From Flaccisagitta enflata (lineage: Eukaryota), in assembly GCA_965153355.1 (NCBI GenBank), contig OZ231126.1:1612001-1676000 (forward strand): a DNA stretch of 64,000 nt, in the 5' to 3' direction. Shown in pieces: positions 14,640-28,568 of this stretch. The first letter of the stretch is position 1. Every line of letters begins with the position of its first letter. The translations under genes and the position numbers were made by a program. The notes under the pieces are model-generated. The model was not told the DNA's origin, ran no database searches, and saw only the letters and a list, made by a program, of their open reading frames with translations.

Positions 14640-14926
14640 AGACAAAGATGGTTTTCACAATATAGACCATCATCGGAGGAGGTATCTAAAGTACGAATTT
14701 CGTACTAGAGTTAGTAGCTCAAACACTCAAGGCCGAATCGGCCTTGAGTGGATTGGAAGCTCACTGCCCTCATTTCATGATTCGGCCTGTAGTGGAATGG
14801 AAAAAAACATTCCTCTTTGGTGATCGGCCTCGAGTGGATTGGGAAAAAAGATTATAAAGGCAAAAAAAAGGGAGAAAAAAAACCTTTTTGCCTTGATAGC
14901 ATTCTCATTTTCATTTTTTTTCTTTC

Positions 14927-15060
<134 letters not shown>

Positions 15061-15102
15061 AATAATAACAAAATTTTCCCAAATTTTCGACAGCCCATGC
15101 CG

Positions 15103-15231
<129 letters not shown>

Positions 15232-16457
15232 CTGTCCATGCATGTCGAGCTCATGTCCGTCTATCTGTCAGTCAAGGCTAATTGAGAGACAGTGTTGCTT
15301 TAAACGTCCTTGATACGCCAAAATAGCAATGAATTATCATTGGACTGACTAACCAACAAATGGACAGACCATCTCAGTGGGAAAGCGTAGCAACATTTCA
15401 TCGCGTCGACCTTCTGGACCCCATCAGCGTAGCACGCTTCTAAAAGATACTTAGCCGATTTATTTGTTAGCTGATCACATTTCATGATTTCATGCTTTCT
15501 AACATTGTACTTTTAAGTAACTCGCAAATAGATAGTGTGCTCTTTTGATTTAATTTTAAATGATCAAATCCACTTCAGTCTAACTGGTCTTACCAAATCA
15601 GAGAGCCAACCGGGCTCAGAGCCAGCAAAAAGTGAGAGCCCGATAGCAAAATAGAGAGCCTCGGGCTCGCGGGCTCGCTCTAAAAAAAGGCCTGCTCATT
15701 GCCCTTAACTTGGAATATGTCAGAATATGGAAGGGAGAGGGGCAATGACCCTTAAGGGTTGAAGGGCTGACCGGTTGAGGTGTTGAAAAGTGATCATAAA
15801 ATTTTGTATTCCGTCCAATCTTGAGTGATTTCAAGGGACCAACAACTTATTGTCATGTGCTCGCGACTATATTGTTTGTTGTAACATAGAAATTAAACGC
15901 ATTCAGTAAAAAATTCATTCTTGGGGCCATTTTGAAGAATATTCAAAGCTCTTTGATTTGCTCATGGATAGCAAGTGGCTGTGACAATTCTGAATTGCAT
16001 TATAAAGATAAACGTTGAGGCAAAAATTGCCAATAGAAAAACAAACAATATTTGCCCTTTTTCAAATCGGTGATATTTTTCTTCAAACCTATGCCATTTC
16101 TAAATGAATAAAGCTTGGGGCTTCCTGGACATGAGGCTGGGATTTGAGCCTCAACATTGAGACTGGGATTTGGGTTTTGAGGCTGGGACTTGGACCTTGA
16201 GGCGGTGATTTAGTTCTCAAAACGGTGATTTGAGCATTGTGGCTGGAATTTGACTGAAGGAATGAAAAACTAGTCATCCTAGGATCGCACATGGTCAGCG
16301 GTACTCGATGCCCTGCTTGGAGTGATCAGCTGCAGAAGTGGAGTGAGAGCAGGGCAGCGGCCCCAAAGGGCCGATGTCGTGTAGGGCACGGGTGAATTTC
16401 CAGACGTCCTGAGAAGGCATATTTGAGGCCATTGGGGCTATTTTCCATTTCATTCAA

Positions 16458-16521
<64 letters not shown>

Positions 16522-16573
16522 CTTTTTCTTCTTCTTTTTTTTTCTTCTTCTTCTTTTTCTTCTTCTTTTTTCT

Positions 16574-16605
<32 letters not shown>

Positions 16606-16947
16606 TTTCTTCTTCTTTTTTCTTTTTTTTCTTTTTCTTTTTCTTTTTCTTTTCTTTTTCTTTTTCTTTTTTTCTTCTTTTTCTTTTTCTTTTGCTTTTT
16701 GGGCAGCGGCCCCGAAGGGCTTTTTTCTTCTTCTTTTTTTTCTTTTTCTTTTTCTTTTTCTTTTTCTTTTTCTTTTTCTTTTTCTTTTTCTTTTTCTTTT
16801 TCTTTTTCTTTTTCTTTCTTCTTTTTCTTTTTCTTTTTCTTTTTCTTTTTCTTTTTCTTTTTCTTCTTTTTCTTTTTCTTCTTTTTTTCTTTTCTTTCTT
16901 TTTCTTCTTTTCTTTTCTTTTTTCTTTTTTTCTTTCTTTTTTTCTAC

Positions 16948-17537
16948 TTTTGGGCAGCAGCCGAAAAATTCAGCGGACAGCCTTTAACTCACACAGGAGA
17001 AATTTTCTCCTCCTCCTCCTTCTTCCATGCTAACTGTATTGCCCCCCTCAAGGCTAATTTCTAGCCTCAAAGTAATCCAATCTAAGTGGCTCAGTCCCAG
17101 TCTCGAGGCTCAAATCAGCCTTGAGGCTCAAATCCCAGCTCAGGCTCGTCAACCTCGAGGGCTCCCGTCCAGCCTCAGGCTCAAATCCCAACCTCGAGGC
17201 TCAAATCCCAGCCTCAAGGAGCAAATCAGCCTCGGCTCAAATCCCAGCCTCAGCTCAAATCCCAGCCTTGAGCTCAAATCCCAGCCTCGAAGCTCAAATC
17301 CCAGCCTCGAAGCTCAAATCCCAATGTTGAAGATAAAATCCCATCCTTGAAGCTCAAATCCTAGCCTCCTGGCTCAAATCCCAGCCTCCAGGCCCTAATC
17401 CCAGCCTTGAGGCTCAAATAGAATCAGCATAGGTCATCGGCCCCTTCGGGGCCGCTGCCCCACTAACCACCTCACACCCAAATACACTCACATAGGGGCA
17501 ACGGGTACCGCTGACCATCTAACGCTTTTGCGACTAT
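16948..17537 (+). mobile_element. Copy of the same family with (cctcgaggctcaaatcccag)n array
   Basis: 5' ttttgggcagcagcc; inverted 3' copy agcataggtcatcggccccttcggggccgctgccc at 17426-17460, then hairpin-forming gggcaacgggtaccgctgacc. Confidence 0.65.
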
Positions 17538-17787
17538 TCTTTTTCTTTTTTCTACTTTTTCTTTTTCTTTTTTCTTCTTTTTCTTTTTCTTTTTTCTTCT
17601 TTTTCTTTTTCTTTTTCTTTTTCTTTTTCTTTCTTCTTTTTCCTTCTTCTTCTTATTCTTCTTCTTCTTATTCTTCTTCTTCTTCTTCTTCTTCTTCTTC
17701 TTCTTCTTTTTGTACTCTTTGCTTCTTTTTTTTCTTGTTTTTCTTTTTCTTTCTTCTTTTCTTCTTTTCTTTTTCTTTCTTGTTCTA

Positions 17788-18005
17788 TTTTTAGTTGCGG
17801 ACACGCAACTCTATAAAGGCTTTGTCCGTCCATCAGTCCCGTCCGTTGGTCCATGGTCCGTAGTCATCGAGTTGAAAAGTGGGAAAAACAAGCGTTTTTG
17901 ATACTTTTGTGTATTTTGAAGTATGGAGATGGTATGGGGTGTGGATAGAGAATTGGATGCCCCTGCCCACCGTCACTGCTGTGTGTGACCCCATAATCCC
18001 TTGTT
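17788..18005 (+). mobile_element. HINE-like element
   Basis: tttttagttgcggacacgcaactctata...(GTCC)-like...gtgaccccataatcccttgtt. Confidence 0.7.
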
Positions 18006-18065
18006 CTTTTCTTCTTCTTCTTCTTCTTCTCCTTCTTCTTCTTCTTCTTCTTCTTCTTCTTTTTC

Positions 18066-18096
<31 letters not shown>

Positions 18097-18559
18097 TTTC
18101 TTTTTCTTTTTCTTTTTCTTCTTCTTCTTCTTCTTCTTCTTCTTCTTCTTCTTCAACTACTTCTTCTTTTTCTTCTTCGTTTTCATCTTTGTCTTCGCCT
18201 TCTTCTTCCTTCCTCACTCGTTCTTCTTTGTTCATGCCCTTCATTATCATTATTTTCATGACTTGAAATTACCAATCAAGAATCGTGTCCGTGCATCCCC
18301 TTTTACATTACAAATTAAAGCGACATATTTGTTACAGTTTGGAACGCAAAAGAAAGATCTTTAATTTGGACATTGTGTCGTTATCATCGTAAAATTGAGA
18401 GGTGCATGGTTAGAACGCAGAACGTCATTGTGTAGGGAAAATGTCAGTATCAAAACGAAAAAAAGTCTGTTTTCGTTTTTTTCCCCACCACCACCACCAA
18501 GTCGTGACTCGTGAACTGAACTGACAATGAAGGATGAAAAATAGTTCAGGAATTCTATC

Positions 18560-18726
18560 TTTTTAGTCGCGGACTAGCGACTCTATAAGAGGCTTTGTCC
18601 GTCCGTCAGTCCGTCGGTCCGTCGGTCCGTCCGTAGAGGTGATTGAGTTTGAAAGTGCGAAAACTTGTATTTCCGCTCCTGCCCACCCGTCCGCGACTGG
18701 TATTGGCCGTGTATCCGGTCTTGTTT
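18560..18726 (+). mobile_element. HINE-like element, subTIR variant AGTCGCGGAC/GTCCGCGACT
   Basis: Same architecture as 60760-60920; subTIRs at 18565 and 18689. Confidence 0.78.
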
Positions 18727-19239
18727 CAACTTATGAATACAAAACCTAGCGTGTGGGTGGGCGGGGGCTGTATTTGAGGTCAGTAGACCATTTGGGCAGG
18801 AGTAGTGAGGTCAAAGAATAAAAGACATAAATAAGTAAAAGTGTGACTGACCAACTGACAGACTGACAGACTGACAGTCAGATGGACGGACAGACAAAGC
18901 GTAACACACGTCTAAAAAGAGAAAAAATCACGACTTTCAAATCTTGAAACATGAACAATTATTGGCTATGCAGAGATTATCTTTGATAACAGGAGTCTTT
19001 TGTGCTTGTACTGCTGTATGCTATTCTTTAGGTACACTGTCTTCCTTGTTATCATCATTATCATCGCTGTTTATTTATGTTGTTGTTATCGTCGTCGTCG
19101 TCGTCATTGTTATTATTGTTATATCCCCGTCGTCATTGTGCCATCGTCGTTGTCATCAGCAAGCATTTATTGTCATCGTTATTCGTCTTCGTCGTCGTCA
19201 TCGTCGTTATTGTCGTCGTCATCATTGTCATTGTTATTA

Positions 19240-19548
19240 TCGTCTTTATTGTATCATCAACCAGGAAGTCTACGGTTTGATAAGCATGAATCGGCATCTG
19301 ATTTTCAGAGAGGCCATGCGATCCACCACGTTACGCGTTAGGCCATGCCACTGGATTATTTTGTGTAAGACTCCTGTCGATGTCATGTCAAAGTGTTGTC
19401 TGCTTCAACCATAAGGGGAGCTTTATTTCAATCATGAACACACGCTAAGCTACATATGCTACGTCTGGGAGGGGAACGCAGACTGGGATCGATCCCGCGA
19501 CCTTCGAATCCGAAGGCAAGAGCCGTAACCACTCGGCCACCACGCGCC
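19240..19548 (-). mobile_element. tRNA-Arg(TCG)-derived SINE (degenerate tRNA head, body, AATAAA, simple-repeat tail)
   Basis: Reverse strand reads GCGTGGTGGCCGAGTGGTTACGGC...CTTCGGA...GCGGGATCGATCCC: A box, paired D stem, TCG anticodon loop and near-consensus B box, but anticodon and acceptor stems are broken. AATAAA at 19250-19245 is followed by a (GAY/AAY)n tail. Confidence 0.7.
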
Positions 19549-19562
19549 CCGCGTCGTTGTCA

Positions 19563-19693
<131 letters not shown>

Positions 19694-20388
19694 CAACCCT
19701 TCAACCCTAGCTTGAATACTTTGCTAAATAGTCTTTTCTTACCAAAACCAGTCCATTTCTAAAACAAACTTTTTGGGCAGCAGCTCTGAAGGGGTCGATG
19801 ACCTATGCTTTACACATAGGAAATATTTCCTTAAGGCTCATCTCCTAGCATCACCCCCTAAATCCCAGCCTGTTGGCGCAAATCACAATCTGTAGTATTT
19901 AATCCTTGCCTTAAGGCCAAAATCCCAGCCTCGAGGCCTTTTCCCAGTCGCGTGCACGCGACTCGACCACCCGCTTTGTCGGTCCGTCCGTCCGTCGGTC
20001 GATCCGTCCGTCGGTCGTCCGTCCGTCGTCGTCGGTCGTCACGCACTTTTTATGCTAACGTCAACTCTTAGGTCATTTAAGTCATTAAGACGTTACTCGT
20101 TGCTGGTGTTTGATCAATCTGGAAGTCATTTTAAATCATTTTAGTCATTTCAGGTGTACAAGATTATTTTTTATAGTTTTGGTTTTTTAGTCATTTTCAA
20201 ATTATTCTGACCATTTAAATTATTCTAGTCATTAAAATCATTAAGTCTCATTCTAAATCCTCTATCCAAATCTAAACCTCAGTGTTGCTTATTTGTTTTA
20301 ATGGCTTTCTGGCTACCTCCAAATAGTAATTCTATGTGCTCATAAAATAACTCATAGATTTTGTAGTTTTGCCTCTTACCAGTGATTA

Positions 20389-21474
20389 GGGAGTACAAGA
20401 ACGGGTCACCGTAACGAAATGAGCTTGCTACCCTTTTTTAGGCTCAGTAGACTCAAAATATTAGGGTTTGTACCAATTTGGGGGCTGTGCCTTGAAAAAA
20501 AAAAAAACCTAGAAGGCCAAAAACAAAAAAGCGACCATATTACGATATATTTATTGCGTTTTTGATGCAATATTAGTTTAGTAAAAATACATTGCAGACA
20601 GGACCTAACAAGGAATAAGGACTAGTTTAGCATCTGCCACATTCAATAATAACATTCTTCTCACTGCTGGAAAGCGGTTTATATCTCAATTGAATGCAAT
20701 TATGGCATATCTATGGCGTTTTAATTCAATTAGAACACCCTTAGTTTCTAAAATCACCCTCAGGGGCCCCTTAAAAAATCTAACAATTTTTTCTTCAATT
20801 TTGATAATTTGGGGGTGTTCTAGGTGGAAATTCAAAAAATGAGAGCCAATTGAGTTGGTCTAGGTTACTGATCCGACAGAATGCCAAGAAGTGGCTCCAT
20901 CAAATGATAGCCAACAAGAACCTCTATAGTCATAATAAATTCATAATGAACTACAGAGGAAGGAAGCAGGGAGTGAAGGAGTTTGGCTATTTCATTTTGA
21001 CATTTTGTGTAAAGATCCAGATATGCCATAAGACTATCCTTCATTTCAAGGACTTTGAGGGATGCTTTGCATTGGCGACCAAAATTCATCAGCAATGCAT
21101 CATTTCTGCGTCCATTTCTTGGGAAAAATTGATTTTTTTTAGCAATTCTTAGACTGGCAGGGCCCTTTCACTATTTCAGGAACACTAGTTTTAGATATAA
21201 AAAATAACTAAAGAAAAAAGTAAAAACATTTTTTTGTAAAATAATATATAGCAAAAACGTCAAAAATCATAGAAAAATCAGTTTTTTAAGCGATCCCAGG
21301 GTTTTTTTTCAACCGATCAAGCTGAAAAAAGTTTTTAACATCTTATCTAAGCCCTACTCACATGCTTATTGGGTAGCAAGAGTGATATTTTGAAAAAAAA
21401 GTGATTTTCTCCTGAATCTCGTACTAAGACTAAGCACTGGAAGAGAGTGTGTTTCTCCTGAATCTCGTACTCCC
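20389..21474. mobile_element. Possible degenerate DNA-transposon derivative
   Basis: GGGAGTACAAGA / TCTCGTACTCCC (11 of 12 match); TSD not intact (tta / gaa). Confidence 0.35.
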
Positions 21475-22776
21475 GAAAGGCAAAACCACGTCAGAGATGT
21501 GCCATTTATTTTAGCATGGTTCAGTCATAGCTATCTCCATGTCAAATTTCATCATGCTGAGCGCATTTACTCTCATGTCAATCTTTTAATTTTCTAGCTA
21601 ATTATAAAGTTGGACATTACTATATTATATAAGGTGAGCCTTTGGGCTCCTGGTGTTGTCAGGATTACCTGTATCACCAGTAATGAACATTAAAGTCTAT
21701 CTTACATTATCTTAATCAGTTAAAAACAATCAGCAAACAAGAAAAATCAATCCTGTTTATAAATGTAATGAACAAAAGTGATGAGTGTGCTGAACAGTGG
21801 GGCCTAATCCAGAGTCCTCATCATCTAGTCTTGTGTAAAAATATGCCTTATATTCATTATAGCATTGATGTGGCCATGAACCTTTATTTATCTTCAACCA
21901 ATTTACTTATGGGCAGAACATGCATTGCCATGATATCTCAACACTTTGCGACTATAACACCACATCTATCATCACAAACAGACATGGATGATTAAGCTCT
22001 CAGAAAAGTCATCATCCATGACAAAAAATCGTGAAGTTCATATCTCTATCTGTCTGATGTAACTTCTTGATGCATTCGTTTATGTTTATCATAACATGAT
22101 CACTCAGCTGGTTAAACCATCACAATGTATTCTTTTAAAGTTAGTAGAAAGCCTGATGCGGCACAACGGGCAGGCCACAGGTACAAATCAATGTTAATGT
22201 TCATGTGTAAAAATTTCACGATCATGTGATTCTCAGTGTCATACTTTTTAAATCAAGGAAAAGTGCTGTGTAAAAACATAAAATACGACAACGTGGCCTT
22301 ACTAGCGAATATCAACTCTGTTGGCAATATCTAGTCAGTCGTCATTGAATTCCTCTCTGTCAGTATATTGGAATCTGCCCACATCAGTCCGCAACATTTT
22401 TGAATTGAGAAAATACTCACTCTCTAATATTCAATATCACTCTCTGTATTCAATCATTAAATAGTTATATCCTCAAGTGGCAACAGGCTTATTACAGTAA
22501 TGACGTGCTTTAGTACTGTGCAAAAGTGTAAATGCCTAAAATTTTGTTTTTCTTTATCACCACTGATTTCTTCCTCTCTAGTGCTGATTTTGTGAGAAGT
22601 GTTAGAGTAGAAATTGGGTGAGGTACCATTTATACAACTAGGTATCTGCAGTGTCTAACACATCTACCCTGACTTTCTATCAGCCTCTACTAAATTAGCC
22701 TTCTCCCCAATAAAGATGGGAATCACCACTATCTCCTCCGTTCACCACTGCCGTGTGCCTCATAATCGAACTGCAA

Positions 22777-22875
<99 letters not shown>

Positions 22876-23593
22876 CACACAAATTGAAAGTGGCGGAGCT
22901 TTCAGAGGAGGAAAAAATGTTATTTTGTACTCAAAATTTACTGTACATATCACAATGATGTTCTGCCGAAATCTTTTAGCGTGCTGTGACTCTACACCCC
23001 ACTATGAGTCAGTGGTAATTCATAGGGCAAGTTTGAGTCTCAAGATTAGGATATGAGCCTTGAGGAGTTGAGATTTGAGCCTTGAGGTTGAATCTAGGCT
23101 TCAGTTGAATTTGAGCATCGGAAGGCTAGAGATTTGGGCCTTGAGGCTAAAATGTGGGCCTTGAGACTATGATTTGAGCCTCATGGTTGGGATTTTAGCC
23201 TCAAGGCTAGAATATGAGCTTCAAAGGGGGTGGACGGAGAAGGAGGAGAAGGATAAGAAGGAGGAGAAATTTCTCCTGTGTGAAAGCATAGGTCTTCGGC
23301 CCCTTCGGGGCCGCTGCCCAAAAAGGATAACTCAAGCATTTGGGCATCGAAACAGGTAAGATGAGAGGATCAGGTGGGACATTTAAAAATTCGTTGCCTC
23401 TGCCTCTCTCTCTTTCGTTCTTTTTGGCCACTCGATCGTAGTCCAATGGGCAAAAATTAGCATCGCCAATCAATGGTCAAATCTTGTGTATGCAATTCAG
23501 TACGTTGCTTTGTAACACGACCACAACTGGGGACAATAACTCACCTTTTTCTCAAGTCTTTGTTGAGGAAAGGATATTCCGCAGTCAGGAGAA

Positions 23594-23647
<54 letters not shown>

Positions 23648-23683
23648 AGAAGATACCCCACTCCAGTCCGATCTGCTGTAATT

Positions 23684-23811
23684 GGGAGAACCACTCTAGA
23701 CCGAATGGGTAGTTGAGTTACCAAACCACTCAAGTCCGATTCTGACATGAGTGGATAGAGACTTTACTGGCCTCATTCTGAGAATTGGAATCGGACTAGA
23801 GTGGTTCCCCC
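23684..23811. mobile_element. 128-bp MITE with 21-bp TIRs and 3-bp flanking ATT (PIF/Harbinger-like)
   Basis: GGGAGAACCACTCTAGACCGA / TCGGACTAGAGTGGTTCCCCC, with att on both sides. Confidence 0.62.
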
Positions 23812-25207
23812 ATTTTTACATTCATGGCGAAAAAGAAAAAGGTTCTCCATAACTCTTTACAAAAGGAGAAATCAAGTTTTTGACCAAGTGATGCAGGCGC
23901 TTGTTTTACCGCTCCCCCTTCCCCCTTTAGAAATGTCTAAAGAGAAAAGAAAAACGAGAGGGAAAAAATTGTAAATGGAAAAAATCAAACAAAAAATGAT
24001 GAAATATAAAGTGGTTTCATTTTGCCAGTGGCGCCGCCTGCAGAACAGAGTAGCAGCTTTTTTGAACTGCAGTCTAACATCGGGATGGAGCTGAGTAAAG
24101 AGACGCAAATATATTGTATATTGAATAAGTATTTGATAATGGAAAATTAGAATTGATAAAACAGTATAAAGGCTTTAAAGGTGTCTCAAAAAGAAATTGC
24201 TTTTCACTGTGAAATGATCAAGGGTATTTCATCTTCTGTCTCAAGTGAGTGAGATCCAACTCACAGTGAAAATATCTTTCACTGTGCAGTGATCAATAGC
24301 ATCAAGGATAATACAGACAAGGATATAACATCTACTGTCTCTGACAAGTGTGATCTATCCCACAGTGAAATCCTCTTTCACTGTGCAGCAATCAAAGGCA
24401 AGCAGGATATTTCATCTCCTGTTTTGTCCGTGAAAGAATTAATGTTTTTTAAATCAAGAGTGAAATGAGTTTTGGTGCTTTCGTAATTTCCTTCTTCCCT
24501 TCATTTGCCAAGAAAAAAAAAAGAATTTCGACCATATTACTAACTTTTTTTATGAATGACTGTTTTTTGCTTCTTTTCCGATGCGTCCTCTTTCTAATTC
24601 TGTATAGTCTGCCCGTCAAACGTCTTATGCGCGCCAGAGAACGTGTCCGTCACTCCGTCGGCGCTCGGTCAGTCAGCTGGGTACCTAAATGCTGGATGCG
24701 AGCACACACATTTGCCTTCTTGACCTTGTTTAAGTTGTCGTTACTTAAGGAAGAAGATGATGAAGAAATAAGTTGATGAGATAGAGATACGGACAATGAT
24801 ATATTTTAGATGGAGATATTGACAAAGACGCGTTTGAGATGAAGAAATGGACAATGACACATTTGAGAAGAGGATATGGACAATGACACATTTGAGATGG
24901 AAACATGCTACATGATAGTTGATGCATCTATGATGAACATCGAAACATTTTCCGCGAACTTGGAAATGAACAAATCAAGGCAATAAACGATGTGAAGCCG
25001 GAGGAGTTGATTGTAAGCAGACAAGGATAAAGATGGGGAAATATTTTGGGAGACAAATGAACATTTGGACCTAATTGTCACTTTTGGCGTTGAATCGGCA
25101 ACATCAATGCCAAAAGAGGGAAGCACAACTTAGTATCCGGATTTCAGAAGCGCCGCCTGTTGGACCAGGAAACGTCTGAGATCCCAAAAACTGAGAATTC
25201 TCTTTGG

Positions 25208-25413
25208 AACAAGTGACGCGGGGTCACAATATCGTTGCGGACGGATGGGCAGGGGCATCTAACCCTCATCCATTCCCCAAACCCCACTCCCTATACAACC
25301 ATACAAAAAAGTATCCGAAACGCTTCTTTTTCCAGCTTTCAACTTGATCGCCACGGACCGACGGACTGACGAACAACAAGCCACTTACAGAGTTGCTTGT
25401 CCCCAACTAAAAA
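25208..25413 (-). mobile_element. HINE-like element with GTGAC/GTCAC 3' hairpin
   Basis: aacaagtgacgcggggtcacaatatcgttgcggacgg...gagttgcttgtccccaactaaaa. Confidence 0.72.
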
Positions 25414-25997
25414 GGGAATAAAATGTTATCTTTTTTAGTTTTCCTAAAATCGTTGCCCTCTAGAATTTCTAATGCGGTCAAATTTTGTCAGTTAAGTCGT
25501 TAAATGAAAATGTTTTCAGCTGTGACGGCTAAAACGAAACGAAACGGAAAAAGTTTGTTACGACACTTCTTTTATTAAAACTAAGGTTTTCATGTCATAC
25601 CATCAAATCAAATATCGTTGGTATATCGGTTAATGATGTCACTATCTAGATTAATGATGTCAATAAATGGGCGCATTTATTGAGGAGAGAAAAAAAATGT
25701 CTTTCGTTTCTTTCAGAGCAACGGACTCAGAAGAAAAGAAAGTTCAGCCAAGACTATTTCTGCTTCTTCACCCATACCGAAATAACCACAAAGTAATCAA
25801 AGGCAATTCAGATTTCTTTCATTTTGGGCCATAGTGCCATGACAGCAGGTGCGCTGTAGGATGTTGAACCTGAAATCTTGTATTGACAATACAATCATCC
25901 ACATTATCAGAATTCTCAAGGTCGTGATTATGATGATTACATCACCACCATCATCATCATCATCATCATCTTCGTTATCTTCATCATCTTCATCATC

Positions 25998-26062
<65 letters not shown>

Positions 26063-26176
26063 TCATTTGCTTAGGTTTTGAAGGATTTCATGAATCACTG
26101 AAGAAAAGTTTTTCGCGTCAAAGTGACAAAACTGAGACTGAAAAAAGACACACAAATTTAAAGAGACAAAGAGAAT

Positions 26177-26233
<57 letters not shown>

Positions 26234-26723
26234 CTTGACAACCGCCTCGCGTTGGTGATCACCAAGGAAAGGAAGAAGAAAGGAAAGAAAGGAAGAGAAA
26301 GCAGACGAAGAGAGAAGAATGCGAGAGCTCGGTTGCTTGCCAACAAATGCACCACTAATGACGCCTATCTCCCTTTTCCGGCTTCACCTATTTCCCCCCC
26401 CCCCCGCCTTTAAACTTTCTACACTTTTTATATATGGAAAATTTGTTCAAATCCTTGAACCTGTTCCTATCCTGACTGAAGTGAATCAATGAATGCCAAA
26501 CCGACCAAACAAAATAGCGGCCTAGATGAACTATTTTATCTCTTAATTCCTGATTACCACTCTTCAGCGTCTTTTCCCTTCACCCCCCCCCCTCCTCCCT
26601 CCCCTCCAAAACCCTGTCCTTGCTCTCAATACATAACCCGAGTATACATCCTCAATCACATCTGAAATTCCATAAAATTCTCTCCATGCACGCGACTCCT
26701 CTCTCTCTCTGTCCTCTCTCTCT

Positions 26724-26816
<93 letters not shown>

Positions 26817-27472
26817 GCCTCTTGCCTCCATGTCGGGTACCACTCAGGCTATGCATTGACTTCTTCGCACTTTGTTAGTCCGATATCAAAATGCAAAGGT
26901 TAAACTTGGATCTGTCGGCCTGCTGGTCGGTCGGTAGACCGGCCGGCGGTCTGATCCATCGGTCGGTCGGTTGATTCATCGGAGGCATCGGAAATGCGAT
27001 GCCATGAAATTGATCCAGCTTCATTATTGTCCTGATAATGATGCAAAAAGTATGGTGAAACACTTAATTTTCCTTCGAAAATTCGCCGTCTTAAGCTTAT
27101 GCTTGAGCTCTTTTGATTGGGATGGTCCATGATATCCATTTAATGGATTCTTAGTAACATGGCTGTTTTAATCAAGCTAAGCTCTACAACACTGAACCTT
27201 GAATAAAAAATATTTTCAAAAGTGGCTTTTTATTCCTCTGGACCGTTTGCTTGTGCAATGGTCAGATTAGTTGTGCTTTCATACTCAGTTTAGACAGGAT
27301 CAAAAGTTGCTTGTTCACGCCATTTGCTTGTGCAATAGTCTTTTTTGGTGCTTTTGCATTGATTTTGTTTATGCTAATGAATGAGCTTCAGCTTCATTCT
27401 TTTACAAAAAAGCCTTAAATTTCAAGTTGCACAAGCTTATGCTTGAGCTCTGTTGATTGGGATAGTCCATGA

Positions 27473-28568
27473 TCAGGAAAAAAGACGAAGTCAAAATCCA
27501 TGGTCCTTAAATCTTTATCGCGATACTTAAGGGGCGTTTTTAGTCAGAGACAATCGCGTTTTGAACAGGCCATTCGGTTGCTCGCGACATTCGTTCGCTC
27601 GCACCACTTACTTCGCTTACTCGCCCTGCAGCACTCCGCTTCGCTATGCTCGCTTCGCTCGCTCATTCCATTCACGGGCTCGCTCACTCACTTTGCTCAC
27701 TCCCTTGTGGGAAAGTGAAATTCATAGTTATGTTTTCACGCTGAAAACACGTTAAATGGGAACAAACGCATGATTTGTTTTCACTAGAAACACGCCCTAA
27801 GTCTTCGACATATTTGAGAGAAACATGGTTTTCATTTTCTTATGCGAAAGCTGAGCATCTTATTTGGCTGATTGCACCCTCAGGCAAAATTGATGGGATA
27901 AGTAAATTTGATAATTCTTTTTCATTTGGCGCCAAGCAGAATTCTCTACGACAAATATTTTTCAAGTTATGAATTTTTCAATCTTTTTAGTTGCGTGCAC
28001 GCGACTCTACACCCCGCTTTGCCCGTCCGTCCATCGGTCGATCAGTTGGTCGGTCGGTCTGTCGGTCCGTCACACTTTTAATTTTTTATCAATTTTATTT
28101 CTTTAAGTCATTTAAAGTCATTTAAGAGTATGCTGAGTCATTCTAAGTCATTCTAAGTTATTCTAAGGCAATCTGTAAGTCTCGCACGCGACTTATGGGT
28201 GTTGGCCTTGTTATACGTAAAATTCAATTTGAATTTTTTTTATTTCTTTTACGATTTTGTATAGGATCAATAAAGTAGTGTATTGATGTTTGTTTGAGCA
28301 TGCAAATACAAGAAAACATGTTCCTGAGTGTAGCTGCTCATCGTATAGGGTGCTTTTGAGTGTCCTAGCTATTTAGCTCTTTTAGCTCAATTTTTATTCT
28401 GATTTTGATTTGGGAAAATGAATTGATTTTCAGTGCATTCAATACAAACAATTGCTTTTGAATTAATCTCATAAATACATAAAAATTGCAGTGACTGAAG
28501 TCAAAAGCATGGTGAAAATTGACTAATGCTTATGACGTTTTCCTCATGGCGATAGCCGCCATTACTGG
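27473..28568 (+). mobile_element. Helitron-like copy carrying nested insertions
   Basis: a|TCAGGAAAAAAGACG head; 3' ATGGCGatagcCGCCATtactgg; contains a PIF-like MITE and a HINE-like element. Confidence 0.68.
27531..27797. mobile_element. PIF/Harbinger-type MITE, TAA TSD
   Basis: taa|GGGGCGTTTTTAG...CTAGAAACACGCCC|taa; (cgct)-rich interior; relatives at about 59594-59850 and reversed at about 13890-14090. Confidence 0.7.

Larger units (their letters stand above)
16457..18180. repeat. Compound microsatellite region (TTG)n, (TTTTTC)n, (TTC)n; many other (GA)n, (CA)n and (ATC)n tracts occur across the window
   Basis: Directly visible; other tracts at about 4714, 12707, 14931, 19560, 25950, 35000, 44700, 54810 and 60230. 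Confidence 0.95.

Noticed and set aside
19265-19364. Apparent + strand exon (ccag...gtaag)
   Set aside because: Lies within the antisense SINE body and shows no recognisable protein similarity.
19474-19547. Functional tRNA-Arg(TCG) gene
   Set aside because: Anticodon stem does not pair, acceptor and T stems are mismatched, and the B box is mutated; treated as a SINE head.
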